From Octopus sinensis (lineage: Eukaryota), in NCBI RefSeq assembly GCF_006345805.1, contig NC_043014.1, positions 49,414,001 to 49,478,000 on the forward strand: a stretch of 64,000 bases of DNA, in the 5' to 3' direction. This document shows positions 37,541 to 52,993 of this stretch, one piece after another. Each line of letters begins with the position of its first letter. The first letter of the stretch is position 1. The notes under the pieces are model-generated. The model made no database searches and had not been told where the DNA came from. It worked only from the letters and a program-made list of their open reading frames with translations. Both the position numbers and the translations under genes were made by a program.

Positions 37541-40500
37541 GAATGGTTCAGCAATAAAAAAAAATAGAAAGAGAAGAACTCAATACAATAATGTAGAGCT
37601 ATTCAGAGTATTTTTACTCTGATTTGAAACTTCTCAAATTGTTACTGCGACCATTTCTCTGGGACTCATAGAATATTGGGTAGTTATTTACTATTACAAC
37701 CGTCTCACTTTGAAGGAGAAATGTATGTCTTTTTTTACTCTGGTTTTTGAGGTGTTTTGAACGATTCTGACCCCCAAAGCAATTGTAAATCACCAATTCT
37801 TGAATCAAATTCGTCCCTACAGCGGACAGCCTTGGGCAGTAGTTCTCAACCGCGGTCCATATGGCTCCTGATTTTCCATATAAGATTTTGTGTGGTCCAC
37901 GCAGCAAAATAATAAATTGGGGATCTGCAATAGTATTTTAGGGGCGTCAACTACAGCTATCTCTCCTGTCAGATGTTCTAGAACATTCCAAGGGAACATT
38001 AGTTAGCTACCCCTTTAGTAGCATACAAGGAGTAACTGCTAAACGACACACAGGAGGGCATTAGAAGCATATCGCCTATTCCGATTGAATTTCTTCTCTT
38101 CTTCTCTAAGTCACGACAAAGTCAACTTCGGAGAGAGAGCCAGGAACACGGATTCGATGTTCTGTCCAGCCAGCAACTCGCTATGGTATTCTACGCCTAG
38201 TGCCTGTCTAAAAGTAATTTTTGTAGTTTGAATTCCTCCTATTATCTCACTATCGTCGTGGAACATAGCAAAATGTTCAGAACCTTTTTCTTCAATACCA
38301 GATAATTTATCGAACATTGTGTACTCACAGCATGAGCTCGTTCGTTATGCATCTGAATAAAACCTTGGACACGAAGTTGTTCACGCACGGACACGAGTGT
38401 TGTAGTCGCTTACTGCACCAGAGGCGTTTCACAGCCATTGGATTAATGACTCAGTCCAGTCATTAAAGTGTTGACGTCTTCATTAGCGACTTCCCTCGCT
38501 AAAGAAGCGACGTGGAAAAGACGAAACTCCTTAGTATCGTCCAGTGTCGAGAGGTTAGGACGTCAGGGTTTGTTTTGGTTCATTAAATATCAGCGGCCAC
38601 CAAGACATCACAGGAAAATTGACCAGTCAGTTCAAAAACATGGGAGATTGGTCAAATGATGCAACGACGTCAGAAAGTCCTTCCAAGGCCATGCGATTAC
38701 ACATAAAAATAAAAAGATTCGACTTTAATCGCACAAGTAAAAAACAATTGTTGAAAAGGCACCACTTTTGAAAACATGCTCGAAGAGAGCGATCCCCACC
38801 CACATGCTCCACTATTAACTACGCCACTGCTTGTGATTATTCTCTTGGAGACTTTAAAGGTTCTTTTCTGAATAGCAGCGCTATTCCACCGTGGTCAAAT
38901 GTTCTCCTTTGTGAATAATTTTCTTTGTTATGGGAGTGGGGGAACCGAACAGTGATAGATTGTCCGAATCTGTCTCCAAAGTCGTTGGTTTTGTGGCAAG
39001 GTTACAGACGACTTCTTTTCTAACCAGAAATCGATTGTTGGGGGGAAGAGATCGAGGTAGAAAATCGATAAAACTTTGATTGTCCGACTCAAATGTATGA
39101 GAGGTCGGGTTCTGAGCTAGATTTGGTTGTTTGGGGGGTAGAACGAGTGAGCAGACGATGACTCGTTCTGGTTTCAACAGGCTCAATTGTTGAGAAATGT
39201 GAGAAAACAACAGCCGTTTCTTTCATTCAAAAATACATCAGACCTGGTTCTAGTATTTATAGCAATTCTTGAGCTCCCTACAGAACTTTAAGGCAGTGGT
39301 TCTCAACCGAGGTCCATGTGGCCCCTGTAGGTCCATATAAGATTTTTCGGGGTCCACGTAACAAAATAGCACATTGGGGATTGACAATAGTATTTTAAGG
39401 GTCCCTGAAATTTTTTTACTTTAGATGTACTTATTGGTATGTATTACAAGAAATAACTAACAAAACTAACAAAAAACAATGGGGTTTTGAGTACACAGAC
39501 AGAACAGCCTCAGATGCTACACAGAACTATGTCCGCCAATTCTGTGATAAGACACCATCAGGAGTGATACCGGAATGGACATGGCCAGTCTGAAGGAAGC
39601 GGCCCAGGATAGAACTGACTGGAGGACACTGGTCCAACGAGTGACCGAGAGACGACTTCGACTGAGCGGATAGAGAGAGAGAGAAATATTTTATACAATG
39701 AAGACCTAAAGCTGCTGCATTCACTAGCTTTCCCTTACGTCGCCCGGTCCAGGAATCGAAACCACAATCTTACGATCATGGTACTGATACCCTAACTACT
39801 AAGCCACGCGCCTCCACGCCTGAATGACGCAGCAGCGAAATATACTTTTCTTGTCTGCAGTGGAAGAAACGAACAAATACTTTGCCGAGTAGTGGTGGAA
39901 TATATGGCGTCTTAACCCAATCCTTTAGATCATGCCAAAGCCTTTCTCTGTTATGGGAGTGGGGGAACCGAACAGTGATAGAGTGCCCGAATCTGTCTCC
40001 AAAGTTGTTGGTTTTGTGGCAAGGCTACAGACGACTTCTTCTCTAATTAGAAATCGATAAAAGTTTGATTGTTCGACTCAAATGTAAGAGAGGTCGGGTT
40101 CTGAGCCAGATTTGGTTGTTTGGGGGGATAGAACGAGTGAGCAGACGATGACTCGTTCTGGTGAGTAATTTTTGTCACCCACGAAATTTTCAGAATGGTT
40201 AACCACAAAATACATGTAACCTAAATCCTCCATAGCCATTTGTTGTTTAAAAACTAGTTTTATAGAAACTTCTTTCAACATTCGTATTTTGTTTTTCACA
40301 CATTAATTTGTGTAGGTTGAACTACGTAAAATGTAAGGGAAAGCTAGTGAATGCGACAGCCTTAGGTCTTCATTGTATAAAATATCTAATCTGTATGAAA
40401 ATCGTTCAGGGTTATTAAAAACGAAGAAAGCATAGAAATATGAGAACGTTTTATTACAAAACTGGCTGACATAGTTCTGTGTAGCATCTGAGGCTGTTCT

Positions 40501-43050
40501 GTCTGTGTACTCAAAACCCCATTGTTTTTTTTTAACGCTTCATTGAATTGTTAGAAAGCTCGACCCGGAAGATTTCAGCTCATTTGATCAGACACCAGCA
40601 GGTCTGGATGACCGAGAACTATTCGCGGAGGTGTTTAATGCCTTTTATGACAACACAAACCTTCATACCTGGTTTTGCCTTTTGTAGCAGTCTGGTAGGC
40701 CGTGGTCCTAAGCTGGGAAACATGAATGTGATGGTTCAAAACTTAGCCGAAGCCTTACTACAACTCAACTTTACATTGGCGTTCTGTCACCATTAAATAG
40801 ATCCCTAAAAAGCTGTTTTCCACAACGAAAAGGTGCGTAGTGGGAAGCAGAATTTTAACACGGTACGCAAAATTCCAGAACAGATACCATACAGCATCTC
40901 GTCCGACACTCTACCAACACACCATCCTACACTGGTACTTTATTTATCGACCTTGAAGAGATGAAAGATAAAGATTTGAACTCAGATTGCAGGGTCAGAA
41001 CAATTCTACAATGCATTCTATCTGAGGCTCTGCTAATTCACAGTCACTTTATTTTGTTATAAACACTTGAATCCTGAAAATATTGATTTGAGACCAGATC
41101 GGGGTCGTTCACGAAGTTTGATGGGAACTGTGATTTGGTTCCAGTTTTTTTCATTTTTATGTAAATGAAAGATAAATTCTCCTCTGAAAAGAACGCTTGT
41201 CCTTCTGTAACTACGAGCTCATTCCCGGTTGGTTGGCGAATAAGAATCGGCATTGCAAGTCACCAAATTGCTCGTGAATTCTCGATTGCTCTCACTAGCT
41301 ACTGTCTCATTGACCACCCAAAATATGATTTACCAACCGCCCTGTAAACCTTGATAACATCCAAATAAAGGCCACCTTCATCAACACATTCCAGCTTCTG
41401 ACCCACAGATATGCTGTGTCTCCTTCCTCAGACTGTTGTACAGTTGCTACAATTGTCTCTACTCTTCTGATTGGGTTACTCTTGCGTCACCTCCCAAGCA
41501 ATCTAAACTCTATCGTCTCTCTCTTCCTCGTGTCACTCATACTGCATCCACCATCACAGGATTCACACTAATCACTATACCCAAGCCTTCCCCCCATACA
41601 CACATACATAACGGCTTCCCACTGGAATTTTCTCTTGCCCACGTCTTTTCATTCAACAGTGGATTTGCAATTCTTCGGGAGGAACATTAACTGTCTTGAA
41701 GTAGTTGAGAAATGCAGATCCACGATCCATTCCTGCGGACAAAACTATATGAGAAAACAAAATACTTTCAAGAACTAAAAAGATACAGCTGTTGGTAACA
41801 TAATGTTTGATCTTTGGGGCACAAACAATTTCTGCGGCCCCGATACGAACCTCTCACACAGCAATTGGTTCTTGTATACCTATTGCTTTACTACCCACAA
41901 GGGGCTAAACACAGAGGGGACAAACAAGGACAGACAAACGGATTAAGTCGATTACATCAACCCCAGTGCGTAATTGGTACTTAATTTATCGATCCTGAAA
42001 GGATGAAAGGCAAAGTCGACCTCGGCGGAATTTGAACTCAGAACGTAACGGCAGACGAAATACCGCTAAGCATTTCGCCCGGTGTGCTAACGATTCTGCC
42101 AGCTCGCCGCCTTCATGGTTCTTGTATACCATCGACTTAACCACACAAGCTTCCTTGCTTCAGTATATTACCAATTCTTATTTTATCAGCCTCGGAAGAA
42201 CTGAAAATATTGTTGAAAATATTGGTGTTGGTACAGGTACGACATATATTTTCCGGAATATTTGGTTCCAAAGCCTTTCTTGGTACCTAATTTTCCCAAA
42301 CCAGGGTGGTCACCATGGTCGATACACCCTAAATTAAACAAACATTAAATTTTACTTACATAATTAAATGAAATGCAAGCATCTGTACTTTAGTATAAAT
42401 CGTACACATTTATAAATAGTTTAATGAGCAAAGCGCTAATCTGTGGAAATTATTCGTAGACTAGTCTGGCGGGCGCGTGAAATTGAAGTTCCTGGTCGTA
42501 GATTAATGCGGATTATAAGAGGTTCCGGACCATCAGTGTTCGGAAAGTCGGCGCTGTATATGTATTTGAACCCCTGCCAATTATAGAGGTAAAACTAAAC
42601 ATGGTAAGTTTGTTAGTAAACATAGGAAGATATTGATGGTGTGAGGTCGTAGTGTCGGGGTAGTTTGTATAAACAGTTGGTGAAAGGATGGAAGGAAAAC
42701 ACACGATGAAGGCCTGAGTTTGATAATCACAGGGAATAAACAGTTTAAAAGTGAAATAATAAATTGGTCTGAGGTGAGGAAAAGAGAAACTCTAACGGAC
42801 CGGGTTGAAGTCTTCATTGAAGAATTATGTTTTCCGAGAGTACGGAACAGATAGGTTGAGAATTGTGAGAGAGCGGGGACAGGGAGAGAGGTGGACGGAG
42901 AGAGAGAGAGAGAGATGCAGGGAGAAAGAGAGAGAAATTAGTAGGTGAAGAATGAAAAAGGGAGAAGAGAAGAAATGGTAAAGAACATGTATTTTTAAGT
43001 CTGATGCTTCTTCGTTTTTTGCCAACTTACTGAAAAGTGTGTGTGTATAA

Positions 43051-43116
<66 letters not shown>

Positions 43117-44869
43117 AAGTAAATAAAAAGAAAAAGAAATGGCAATAGACAACAGCAAGATGGAAGTAATTGTGTTTAGGTCTCTGTAGAGAAATCATTT
43201 CGAAATATAAATCTTTGAATAGAAATTGGAATGCTGCTGGCACATTATTTAGAAATGTGCTGTTAGTATTATTCAAAAGAATTCTTTGATAGCGTTTCTT
43301 CAGGCCTCCCTTCCACCGTTTTTATTTGTTTTTTTTTCAAATTTTATTTATTTTATTTTAGCTTAGTTTAGCTTTTTTATTTTTTATTTCGACAAAACAA
43401 GAAATATGTTAGCGAAAACACTTCCAAATAATTCCTAATTCTTACCGACATTTGCGACAGTGTGTAGTCTGGGCTATTTTCTTGCCTTCATTTTTTCACC
43501 CCCGTTTGTAACATTTTATTTTCGTTTTTCTCATTTTATTGTTACTTTTGCCATAAAATGTTGCTATCTATTTTAGAAAAGATCCATTTTACGGATTTAG
43601 AATTTTGAAAAAGGTGCCGTGTCTATTGCTGGGTTTTTAGTGTTTAACCTAGAAAATGTTTTAGATCACGTATGTTGTTTACCTCAGTAAACTAAGCATT
43701 GGGTGTTTAATGTATTAAACATTTCAGTTCACCGCCTGTAAAATGTTTACATTTATAATCAGTAAATTGGGTTTTTTGACGTGTAATGCATAGTGGAGGC
43801 GCAATGGCCCAGTGGTTAGAGCAGCGGACTTACGGTCGGAGGATAGCGGTTTCGATTCCCAGACTGGGCGTTGTGTGTGCTTATTGAGCGAAAACACCTA
43901 AAGCTCCTCGAGGCTCCGGTAGTGGGTGGTAGCGACCCCTGTTGTACTCTTTCGGCCCAACTTTCTCTCACTTTCTCTTCCTGTTTCTTGAGTAACGCTA
44001 CGATGGACTGGCGTCCCGTCCAGCTGCGGGGAACACATACGCCACAGAAACCGGGAAACCGGGCCCATTAATAAAAATGCATTACATATTTCTGTTCACT
44101 GACAGTAAGTTGTTTACATTTGGAGTCAGTAAACTAGTTTTATGTAAAATATTCTAGATTAAAACTTAATAAGTTTTAGTAAACTGAAAACCCCTCAGTT
44201 ACTGTCAACAGTTAAAGACAAGATCTACCTCTGTCTGTATTGTCTTTATATTCCCAAAACTAATTGCATGGATAGTCACAATTGCATGGATAGTCACAAT
44301 TGATCAGAAATGTAATAGCCAAGAGGTGCTTCTTCACTCCTCAAAACCATGGAATACCCGAACCAGGACCCACACAACAGCGTATTTAACATCTATCGAC
44401 GACATATTGACTTACCTGTGATTACCTCGCCATAAAAATTAAGACGTCTGATTTACAACTATATGGTTTCATGTGAGCGGCACTTTGGAGGAAATGTCTT
44501 TTACGGTTAAGGCGTTTGCTTAGCAATCACATGGTATTGGGTTCAGTCGCACTTCGCGGCACCTTGGTCTAGTATCTTCTACTATAGCGCCGAGCTGACC
44601 AATTCCTTGTGAATGAATTTGATAGAAACTGTGAAGAAGCCTGTGGTATATATGCGTCTGTGTGTGTGTTCGTGTTTTTCACCACCACCGCTTGATACCC
44701 GATGTTGGTTTGTTTCCATTCCCGTAGGTTAGCGGTTCGGCAAAAGAAAAACCGATAGAATAAGTACCTTACATAAAAAAGTATGTGCTGCAGTCGATCA
44801 AAACCTTGAAAGTGGTGCCCCAGCATGGCCGTAGTCCAGTGAATGAATATGTATATGCTTATACATATA

Positions 44870-45761
44870 CAGGGTGTTGTGAATAAACTGTCGTCGAAAT
44901 TACGCAAAAATGAAAATAACACTAACATCTCATTTTAGCAGATACATTTACCAAAATCGCATAAAAATATCTTGAGATTCTAAAGAGTAAATTTATTCAA
45001 TAAAATCATCATTGGCTTCAACCACTGCCTCCAGACGACTTCAGAATCTCCAGCAACTCTTACAGATGGTCTCCTTGTTTAAGTTGGTGAATGCTGCCAT
45101 AATCCTTGCCTTCAGTTCATCTTTGGTGTTACAAGGAGTTTTGTTGGTCTCTCACTCAACTGCACCCCACACATAATAATCAAGGGAGTTGCAGTCTGGG
45201 GAGTTAGGTGGCCAGATGTTAGGGGTGATGTGGTCACAGAAATTTTCTGACAGCCATGACTGGATTTTCCTACTCGTGTGACATGGTGAAGAGTCCTGTT
45301 GCCAGACATAGGGTCTTCCTGCAGCCACCCCCTTCACCCAGGGCAGCACTACCTCCTCCAGGCCTACTTAATGTAGGCCTCCGTATTGAGTCTGAGGCCA
45401 TGTGGGAAGATAAATGGAGACATAACATCGCCATCACTAGTGATCACTCCATACACCATGATGTTGACTAGATGTTTGATTTTTTTCACTCTCGGTACAT
45501 GACCTGAGATTGCACTGTTCTCAGACTGACACTCAAACACTCTGAAATGTTCGTATTGGAGCTTCCAGTGCGAATGCCAAGCAGTACAGCATGTCGTTCC
45601 CAAATTTTTGGCAGAGTGAATTGTGTTATGGTGCTGTTTTTCTCACAGACGGTGCCCAACTGACCCTACCATATTGCGTAGTCGACTAAAAAAAATAATA
45701 AACAATGCAGGTGCACGAAATTAAAAATATAAAATGGTGACAATTTATCCATTGCAGCCTG
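44870..45761 (-). mobile_element. Internally deleted Tc1/mariner element (maT/DD37D-like), TA TSD
   Basis: TA-CAGGGTG...CAGCCTG-TA. Fragments IMVYGVITSDG, YVWQQDSSPCH and WPPNSPDCNSLDYYVWG. Confidence 0.88.
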
Positions 45762-45867
45762 TATATAGAAATATATGCGTGCGTGTGTGTGAATGTATGT
45801 ATATAAACGCACACACACACACACACACACACACTCACGCATTCTCTCTCACGCACGCACACACACA

Positions 45868-45915
<48 letters not shown>

Positions 45916-46089
45916 ACACACGGACACCGTGTAATTTGTCGGAAATACAGTACAACACTGTTGCTTATTGAGTACATCCTTTTGTCAAAAGTCAGTTTCA
46001 CCCGATATCAAATTAACTACTACACCAAAACCACGACGACGACGACCACCACCACCACCACCACCACTACCACCACCACCACTACCATC

Positions 46090-46132
<43 letters not shown>

Positions 46133-46225
46133 ATAATAATAATAATAATAATAATAATACAATAATAATAATAATAATAATAATAACAATGATAATAAAA
46201 ATATAATAATAATAGTAGTAGTATA

Positions 46226-46271
<46 letters not shown>

Positions 46272-46283
46272 GTAGTAGTAGTA

Positions 46284-46393
<110 letters not shown>

Positions 46394-46699
46394 AATAAAT
46401 GGAACAACCGACTAATATAGCTACTACTATTTTAGGAAGTGCCCACACAATACTTCTTCGAGTTGTGTCCATTCAGTTATTATTTTTTTCTTTTTCTAGG
46501 TTTTTGGTGTTCTTTTGGGTTTTGTTATTGTTGTTGTTGTTTGCTTTCTTTTTATATATTTTTACTTTGTTTCCTTTCTTCTCGCCTTTATATCCTTCCT
46601 CTCCTTCTAAAAAAGAGGAAAAAAACACACACGTACGTACGTACGTACGGTGCTGACCGCTTGTCTTGGACATAGTTAAGCCAATTCACAAGACACACA

Positions 46700-46741
<42 letters not shown>

Positions 46742-48420
46742 AACGCAAGCACGCACATACCCACACACGTGTACGCACGTATACACGCTGTAATATACTG
46801 GTGATGGTAAATAATAGGTCTAAACCACTTTACAAAAGAGGTTCTCTTGCTCTCCTTTGCCTTTTGGTGTTTCCGTTGACATCAGTGGCAAGTGTTGCGT
46901 TGGCCATTCATCGGCTGACGTTGATAGTTTGGAGGTAATTGGTTCACAAGTTTTGTTGTGGTCAAAGAATTGCAGGAAATACCCCCACTCTCTTTCTCCT
47001 TCAATCTTTCTCTTTCAGTCTCTCTCTATCTCTTCCCAACTTTCCCTTTCTCTGTGTCCTTCTCTCCGGCGAACACACCCTCGAGTAAAAAAGCAACGGT
47101 TGGCCACGTTTCATTCATAAATCTATATTTGGTCGTAGGAAACGAACTATCAAATAATTGATGAAAAAAAAAGCCAGCTGGGGTTGTGACAACTTATACT
47201 AGTATTACTATGAAATTTGTTAGGAAATAAATAAATAACTAAACACAAAATAAATAGCTATACATACACATACATACACATACATACACATGCACATTCA
47301 TAAATTCAACTACATACAACCACAACCCACGACCAACCGCGACCACCCACGACCTCATTCAACAACTTTGTATTTGGAACGTACGTATGGTCACAGGAAA
47401 TGACCTTGCGAATAAGAAGGTCATGACAATGGGAAGTAGGATTTTATTTTAAGGGATATTGTTAAAAATGTGGTCGACACGTCACATACATACATACATA
47501 CATACATACATACATACATACATACATACATACATACATACATACATACATACATACATACACACATACATACGTACATACACACATACATACATACACA
47601 CATACATACATACATACATACATACATACATACATACATTCATACATACACACACATACATACATACATACATACATACATACATACATACATACATACA
47701 TACATGCATGCATGCATCGGAAGATTACTTCGCCAACACGTGCGGTTTGAACGACCTCTGACAGTTGATAAAAAGAAGTTTAATTCAATGTACATTATTA
47801 CGTTATTTAAAGAATATTAGATTTAAAAGAAAAAAATATGGAAAAAGAGGGACAAAGGAAGAAAAAGAAAAGCGAAATGTTATGTCCAATTTTGTATTAC
47901 TTCGGTACAACTTTCGTGTGCATGTATGTACGTACGTTCGTATGTATATCATTTTTCAGTTTTATTTCATGGTTTCATATGTATGTATGTTTGTATGTAT
48001 GTATGTATGTATGTATGTATGTATTTATGTATGTATGTATGTATGTATGTATGTATTTATGTATGTATTTATGTATGTATGTATGTTTGTGTGTATGTAT
48101 GTATGTATGTATGCATGCATGCATGTATGTGTATGTATGTATGTATGTTTGTGTGTATGTATGTATGTATGTATGTATGTATGTATGTATGTATGACTGT
48201 ATGTATGTATGCATGCATGTATGTATGTATGTGTGTGTGTGTATGTATGTATGTATGTATGTATGCATGTATGACTGTATGTATGTATGAATGTATGTAT
48301 GTATGTATGTATGCATGCATGTATGTATGTATGTATGTATGTATGACTGTATGTATGTATGAATGTATGTATGTATGTATGCATGCATGTATGTATGTAT
48401 GTGCGTGTGTATGTATGTAT

Positions 48421-48785
48421 GTCCTTATTCAGTTTTATTTCAAGATTTCTTGCCAATAGAGAAAGAACCGGTTTCTAACCCAGATCCAAGGCTCCTTCAT
48501 TGGAATTTCAACATCAACAGGATATTTTTGCATGATTGTGTGCATATATGTGCAATATTTGAAGTCAGTGCGTGTGCAAAATTGTATGTTTTGCTTTATG
48601 CATGTTTTCTCATGCATATCTAATGCATGTCTAAACATGCGCATATATACTTAAATGACAAACTTCTGGAAAGTTTTAGAGATCTTTACAGTTCCGGTGA
48701 TGGCTTGGGTTTGTAGTCTTCGAATTAGCTTTCTCCTTTCTGGTTTTGAGAAGCCTAATTTCTCAAGATTGGTATTTTTGTTTGT
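48421..48785 (-). mobile_element. R4/Dong-like (REL endonuclease) non-LTR retrotransposon 3' end; related fragment ~60740-61260 (+)
   Basis: TNLEKLGF..IRRLQTQAITGTVKISKTF* C-terminus; the second fragment reads IIFGVLGFV..LEKLGF..FQIQSV..VCKTF. Confidence 0.6.
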
Positions 48786-48843
48786 TTGTATGCATGTATG
48801 TATGTATGAATGTATGTATGTATGTATGTATGTATGTATGTTG

Positions 48844-49220
48844 ACATGATGCTGACATACAGTATCTATGGAAGACGCTGCCTCAGTAAAGCTGGACTCA
48901 TGAGTCATCTTCGTAGTCATAAAGCGAAACAGATGAGTGACAACCTGGCCACTGGTGGTGGTGTTATACACCATACTAATCATATCTGTCAGGCATGTGG
49001 AAGAGAGTGTAATTCAGCAGGAGGACTTAAACGACATGCAAAGGTACATGAAGCCCAGTTACAACTACAGCCGGCTATTACCAGTAAAGGTTTTAGTTGC
49101 CAATTTTGTACAAGACATTGTAGATCTTTAGCTGGGCTAAAAAGTCACATTCGATCACAGCACCAGTAACAGTTAAGCTTCGTGCAATGGCCATACTCGA
49201 TAACGAGGGGGCAGCCATCA
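48844..49220 (+). mobile_element. RTE-type LINE 3' end with three C2H2-type zinc fingers
   Basis: GRRCLSKAGLMSHLRSH, CQACGRECNSAGGLKRHAKVH, CQFCTRHCRSLAGLKSHIRSQH*. Short 3' UTR ending GCCATCA, then (TGTA)n; 5' truncated, no splice acceptor. Confidence 0.65.
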
Positions 49221-50519
49221 TGTATGTATGTATGTATGTATGTATGTATGTATGTATGTATGTATGTGTGTATGTATGTATGTATATTATAAATGTTAAA
49301 TTGAGCTCGTTTTAAAGCGAGCTAACGTTTTCTGTTGAAGTGATTCAAGAGTTGCGTCAAACTTATTTTAAAATCGCCAATAAGACACAATTTACAATTT
49401 TAGAGACAACACGTATTTTATACATACATGCATACGCATGTGGGCACACATTCACATACATGCATACATACATATATGCATACATACATACACATATACA
49501 TACACATATACATACATACATACATACATACATAAATACATACATACATACATACATACACACATACATACATACACATATACATACATACATACATAAA
49601 TACATACATACACACATACGTACATACACACACATACATACACATACACATACATACATACATACATTCATACATGATTACATAATACATACACACATAC
49701 ATGCATACATACACAGATACATGCATGCATACATACATACATACATACATACACACACACATACATACATACACACATACATACATACATACATACATAC
49801 ACACATACATACATATATACATACACACATACATGCATACATACAGACATACATACATACATACATACATACACACATACATACATTCATACATACATAC
49901 ACACATACATACACACATAATACATACATACATACACACATACATACATACATACATACATACATACATACATACATACATACATACATACATACACACA
50001 TACAGACATACACACGTACATACATACATACACACATACACATACATACACCATACATACACACACACAACAACATACATACATACATACATACATACTA
50101 CTACCACAACATACATACATACATACATACATACATACACACATACATACATACATACATACTACATACACACACACACATACATACATACATACATACA
50201 TACATACACACATACACATACCACTACATACACACATACATACATACATGCATACATGCATCATACATACATACATACACACAACATACATACTACATAC
50301 ATACACACACAACATACATACACATACACACATACATACACACATACATACATACATACATACACACATACATACATACACACACACATACATACATACA
50401 TACACACATACATACATACACACATACATACATATACACACACACACACACATACATACATACACACACACACACACATACATACATACACACATACATA
50501 CATATACACACACACACAC

Positions 50520-50551
<32 letters not shown>

Positions 50552-50559
50552 ACATGCAC

Positions 50560-52959
50560 TGACACGTGCATGCACAAATAAAGACTGACAAAATTAAACA
50601 CATCAACGAATTGCTTCGGTCAAATCTTACCGGAAGTTGATATCAGTTCATCTACGCAGCTCATCCCCTGGTGTAGATTCTTATCAGTTCTTGGGGAAAT
50701 CCTCTCCTTCCCTCCCACTTTCTCTCCTCCTCCTCCCCCTCATCATCTTCTTCATCCTCATCTTCTCCTCTCCCCCTCTCTCCTACGCTGAATGACACAG
50801 TTTCAGGAAGGTTGGTCTTGTGAGTCACTTCGCTTCTCTAAATAATTTCAACGATTCTTGAGTTCTTCAAGAGAAAAATCGCAATCGCCCTCACCACTTT
50901 TCACTCCCACCCCAAACATCAGTGTTTGATAGAAAATTCCGTCCTGTCACCGAGTTGTCATATCTGCGTCCATAGCAAAGACTCTTCACTTTATCAAGAT
51001 TCGGTCGATTTTTTTTTTTTTGTCAGAAAAAAGCTAGAACCAGATAAGTTACTATAGCCCGTAGGCCGCATCAATTCCTGTCGATCACGCCTAGCGTACA
51101 GACGTACAGTGCGCGCTTGTCGGGTTTTCGTTTTCGTGCAAAATGGCCGAACGCATCGAGCAGATACCATAAATCCATATTTCATCACCGGTGATGATGG
51201 GATTCGTGAAGTCTGGGTGGTGATTTGCACAGTCCAGCATGTCCTGAGCGAAATCCATGCTGAGTTGTTTTGGCCCCTTTGGGGCTGTGGCGTATGCGGG
51301 AGATTTGAAATAAAGACACCTACATTCTCTTCGTTGACGCAGACCTCTCCGGTGGTAACGCACCCTTTCACGTGGCCCGACCCGAACGCTAAAAATAGCA
51401 GCTGCTTTTCCCTTATCCCCATAAAAGCGCCACCCGGGGCAGACCGCCCTCCACGCTCCATTCTAGCTGTTTTACAGCATCTCCCCCGCCACCACACACA
51501 CACATATCCATGTTCTTATTTCTTTATTGCCCACAAGGGGCTGAACATAGAGGGGACAAACAAGGACAGACAAAGGGATTAAGCCGATTAACTGGTACTT
51601 ATTTAATCGATCCCGAAAGGATGAAAGGCAAAGTCGACCTCGGCGGAATTTGAACTCAGTACGTAACGGCAGACGAAATACCGCTAAGCATTTCGCCAGG
51701 CGTGCAAACGTTTCTGCCAGCTCGCCGCCTTACGCATATCCATGTTCTGACATAGACGTACCTGACAACACTGTCCATTGGGTCTTCGTATAATGTATAT
51801 AAAGCAAACATCTTCATCGTTGTTTATGCCTCTTCCAAGCTACATTCATGGCTTTGAAAAACCTCGAAGCGCACGTCAGTTTTCCAAACTTTAGTAAGAC
51901 ATTTTTGCCCATTTAATCAGCAACTCTTCAGCTTTTTTACCAACCTTATTAGCCCCAATCAATTTCACATTTTTTATGTTTAAACGGTGCATTATGGTCG
52001 CAAACCAGGTTTCGCAGCAAGCTCACCGATTGAGCTTTATGTGTCCTCATGTATCAAAATAGTTCACCCGCTGTGATTTGCACAGTCCAGCATGTCCTGA
52101 GCGAGATCCATGCGGAGTTGTTTCGGCTGCTCCACCAGTACCTTGGGGGCTGTGGTGTATGCGGGAGATTTGAAATAATGGCACCTACCTTCTCTTCGTC
52201 GACGCAGACCTCCCTGGTGGTAACGCACCCTTCCACGTGGCCCGACCCGAACACTAAAAGTAGCAGCTGCTTTTCCCTTACCTTGACGAAGCGCTCTCAC
52301 GTCTAGCTCTGTCGGTTACCCCAATCGAAAAGGCCCAATGCTCCCCTGCCTGCGCGCGCGTCACTCCAGCCCCTTCTTCTTCCGGTCAGCTCCAAGTTCC
52401 GGTCCACTCCCCAGCTACTGACGTTATCCCACAGGGGCGAAATTCGCCGACACTCTCTGCATGCGCAAATCCGCTATTAAAATGGAAGGCACTGATCTTG
52501 TGCTTAATTCCAAACCGTGAGTAATTTCCTTGGTTGTAACACGACGATCTTCCATTCGCTGAATTTTCCCAATCAGCTGTCGACCTCCTGTTCGAGCGTG
52601 TCTCGCTCTCTACTGAGAGGCAGCCATATTTGAAGCGCTTGTACAACTCCTTCATCTGAGTTATGCCGATAGCATCATGACCAAAGGCCTGCTGAATCTT
52701 GAGGATGGACTGAGATTGAGAACCATCAGGCTTTTGGGGAAAACTTGATGCAATATTTCTGCTCGGTGCGTTCGGTGAAAATGAAAATCCGACGTGCGCG
52801 CACTACACGTCTGCACTTCTAGCCGTGACCACCGCAAAAAATTTACACATTTGCACAGGAAGGGTGGCGTCGCCTCCCAACCAAAGAATTTTTACCCTCG
52901 TTGCATTAGTTATGGCGAGGAAAATAAAGGTGGATACTTTTTGAATGTACCTCGTGCAC

Positions 52960-52993
<34 letters not shown>

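Larger units (their letters stand above)
47484..50560. repeat. Large (CATA)n/(TATG)n/(CA)n microsatellite field containing LINE tails
   Basis: Read directly. Confidence 0.95.

Noticed and set aside
35961-37622. Long ORFs (553, 473, 456 aa) and similar HTYI/MYVC/poly-K/E/M ORFs at 34.3-35.7, 47.4-50.6 and 59.5-60.5 kb
   Set aside because: Translations of stop-free microsatellites, open in several frames on both strands.
38400-38560. Hairpin-rich segment with GAAAC motifs (possible ribozyme or SECIS)
   Set aside because: No CUGANGA-type core in a closing topology and no linked UGA-containing ORF.
42440-42560. CUGAUGG motif on - within a repeat-like segment
   Set aside because: No correctly placed GAAA/stem III partner could be folded.
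48810-49169. Stand-alone C2H2 zinc-finger gene
   Set aside because: Starts in a microsatellite, first finger is mutated, no TGEKP linkers, and the 3' end is LINE-like; better explained as an RTE tail.
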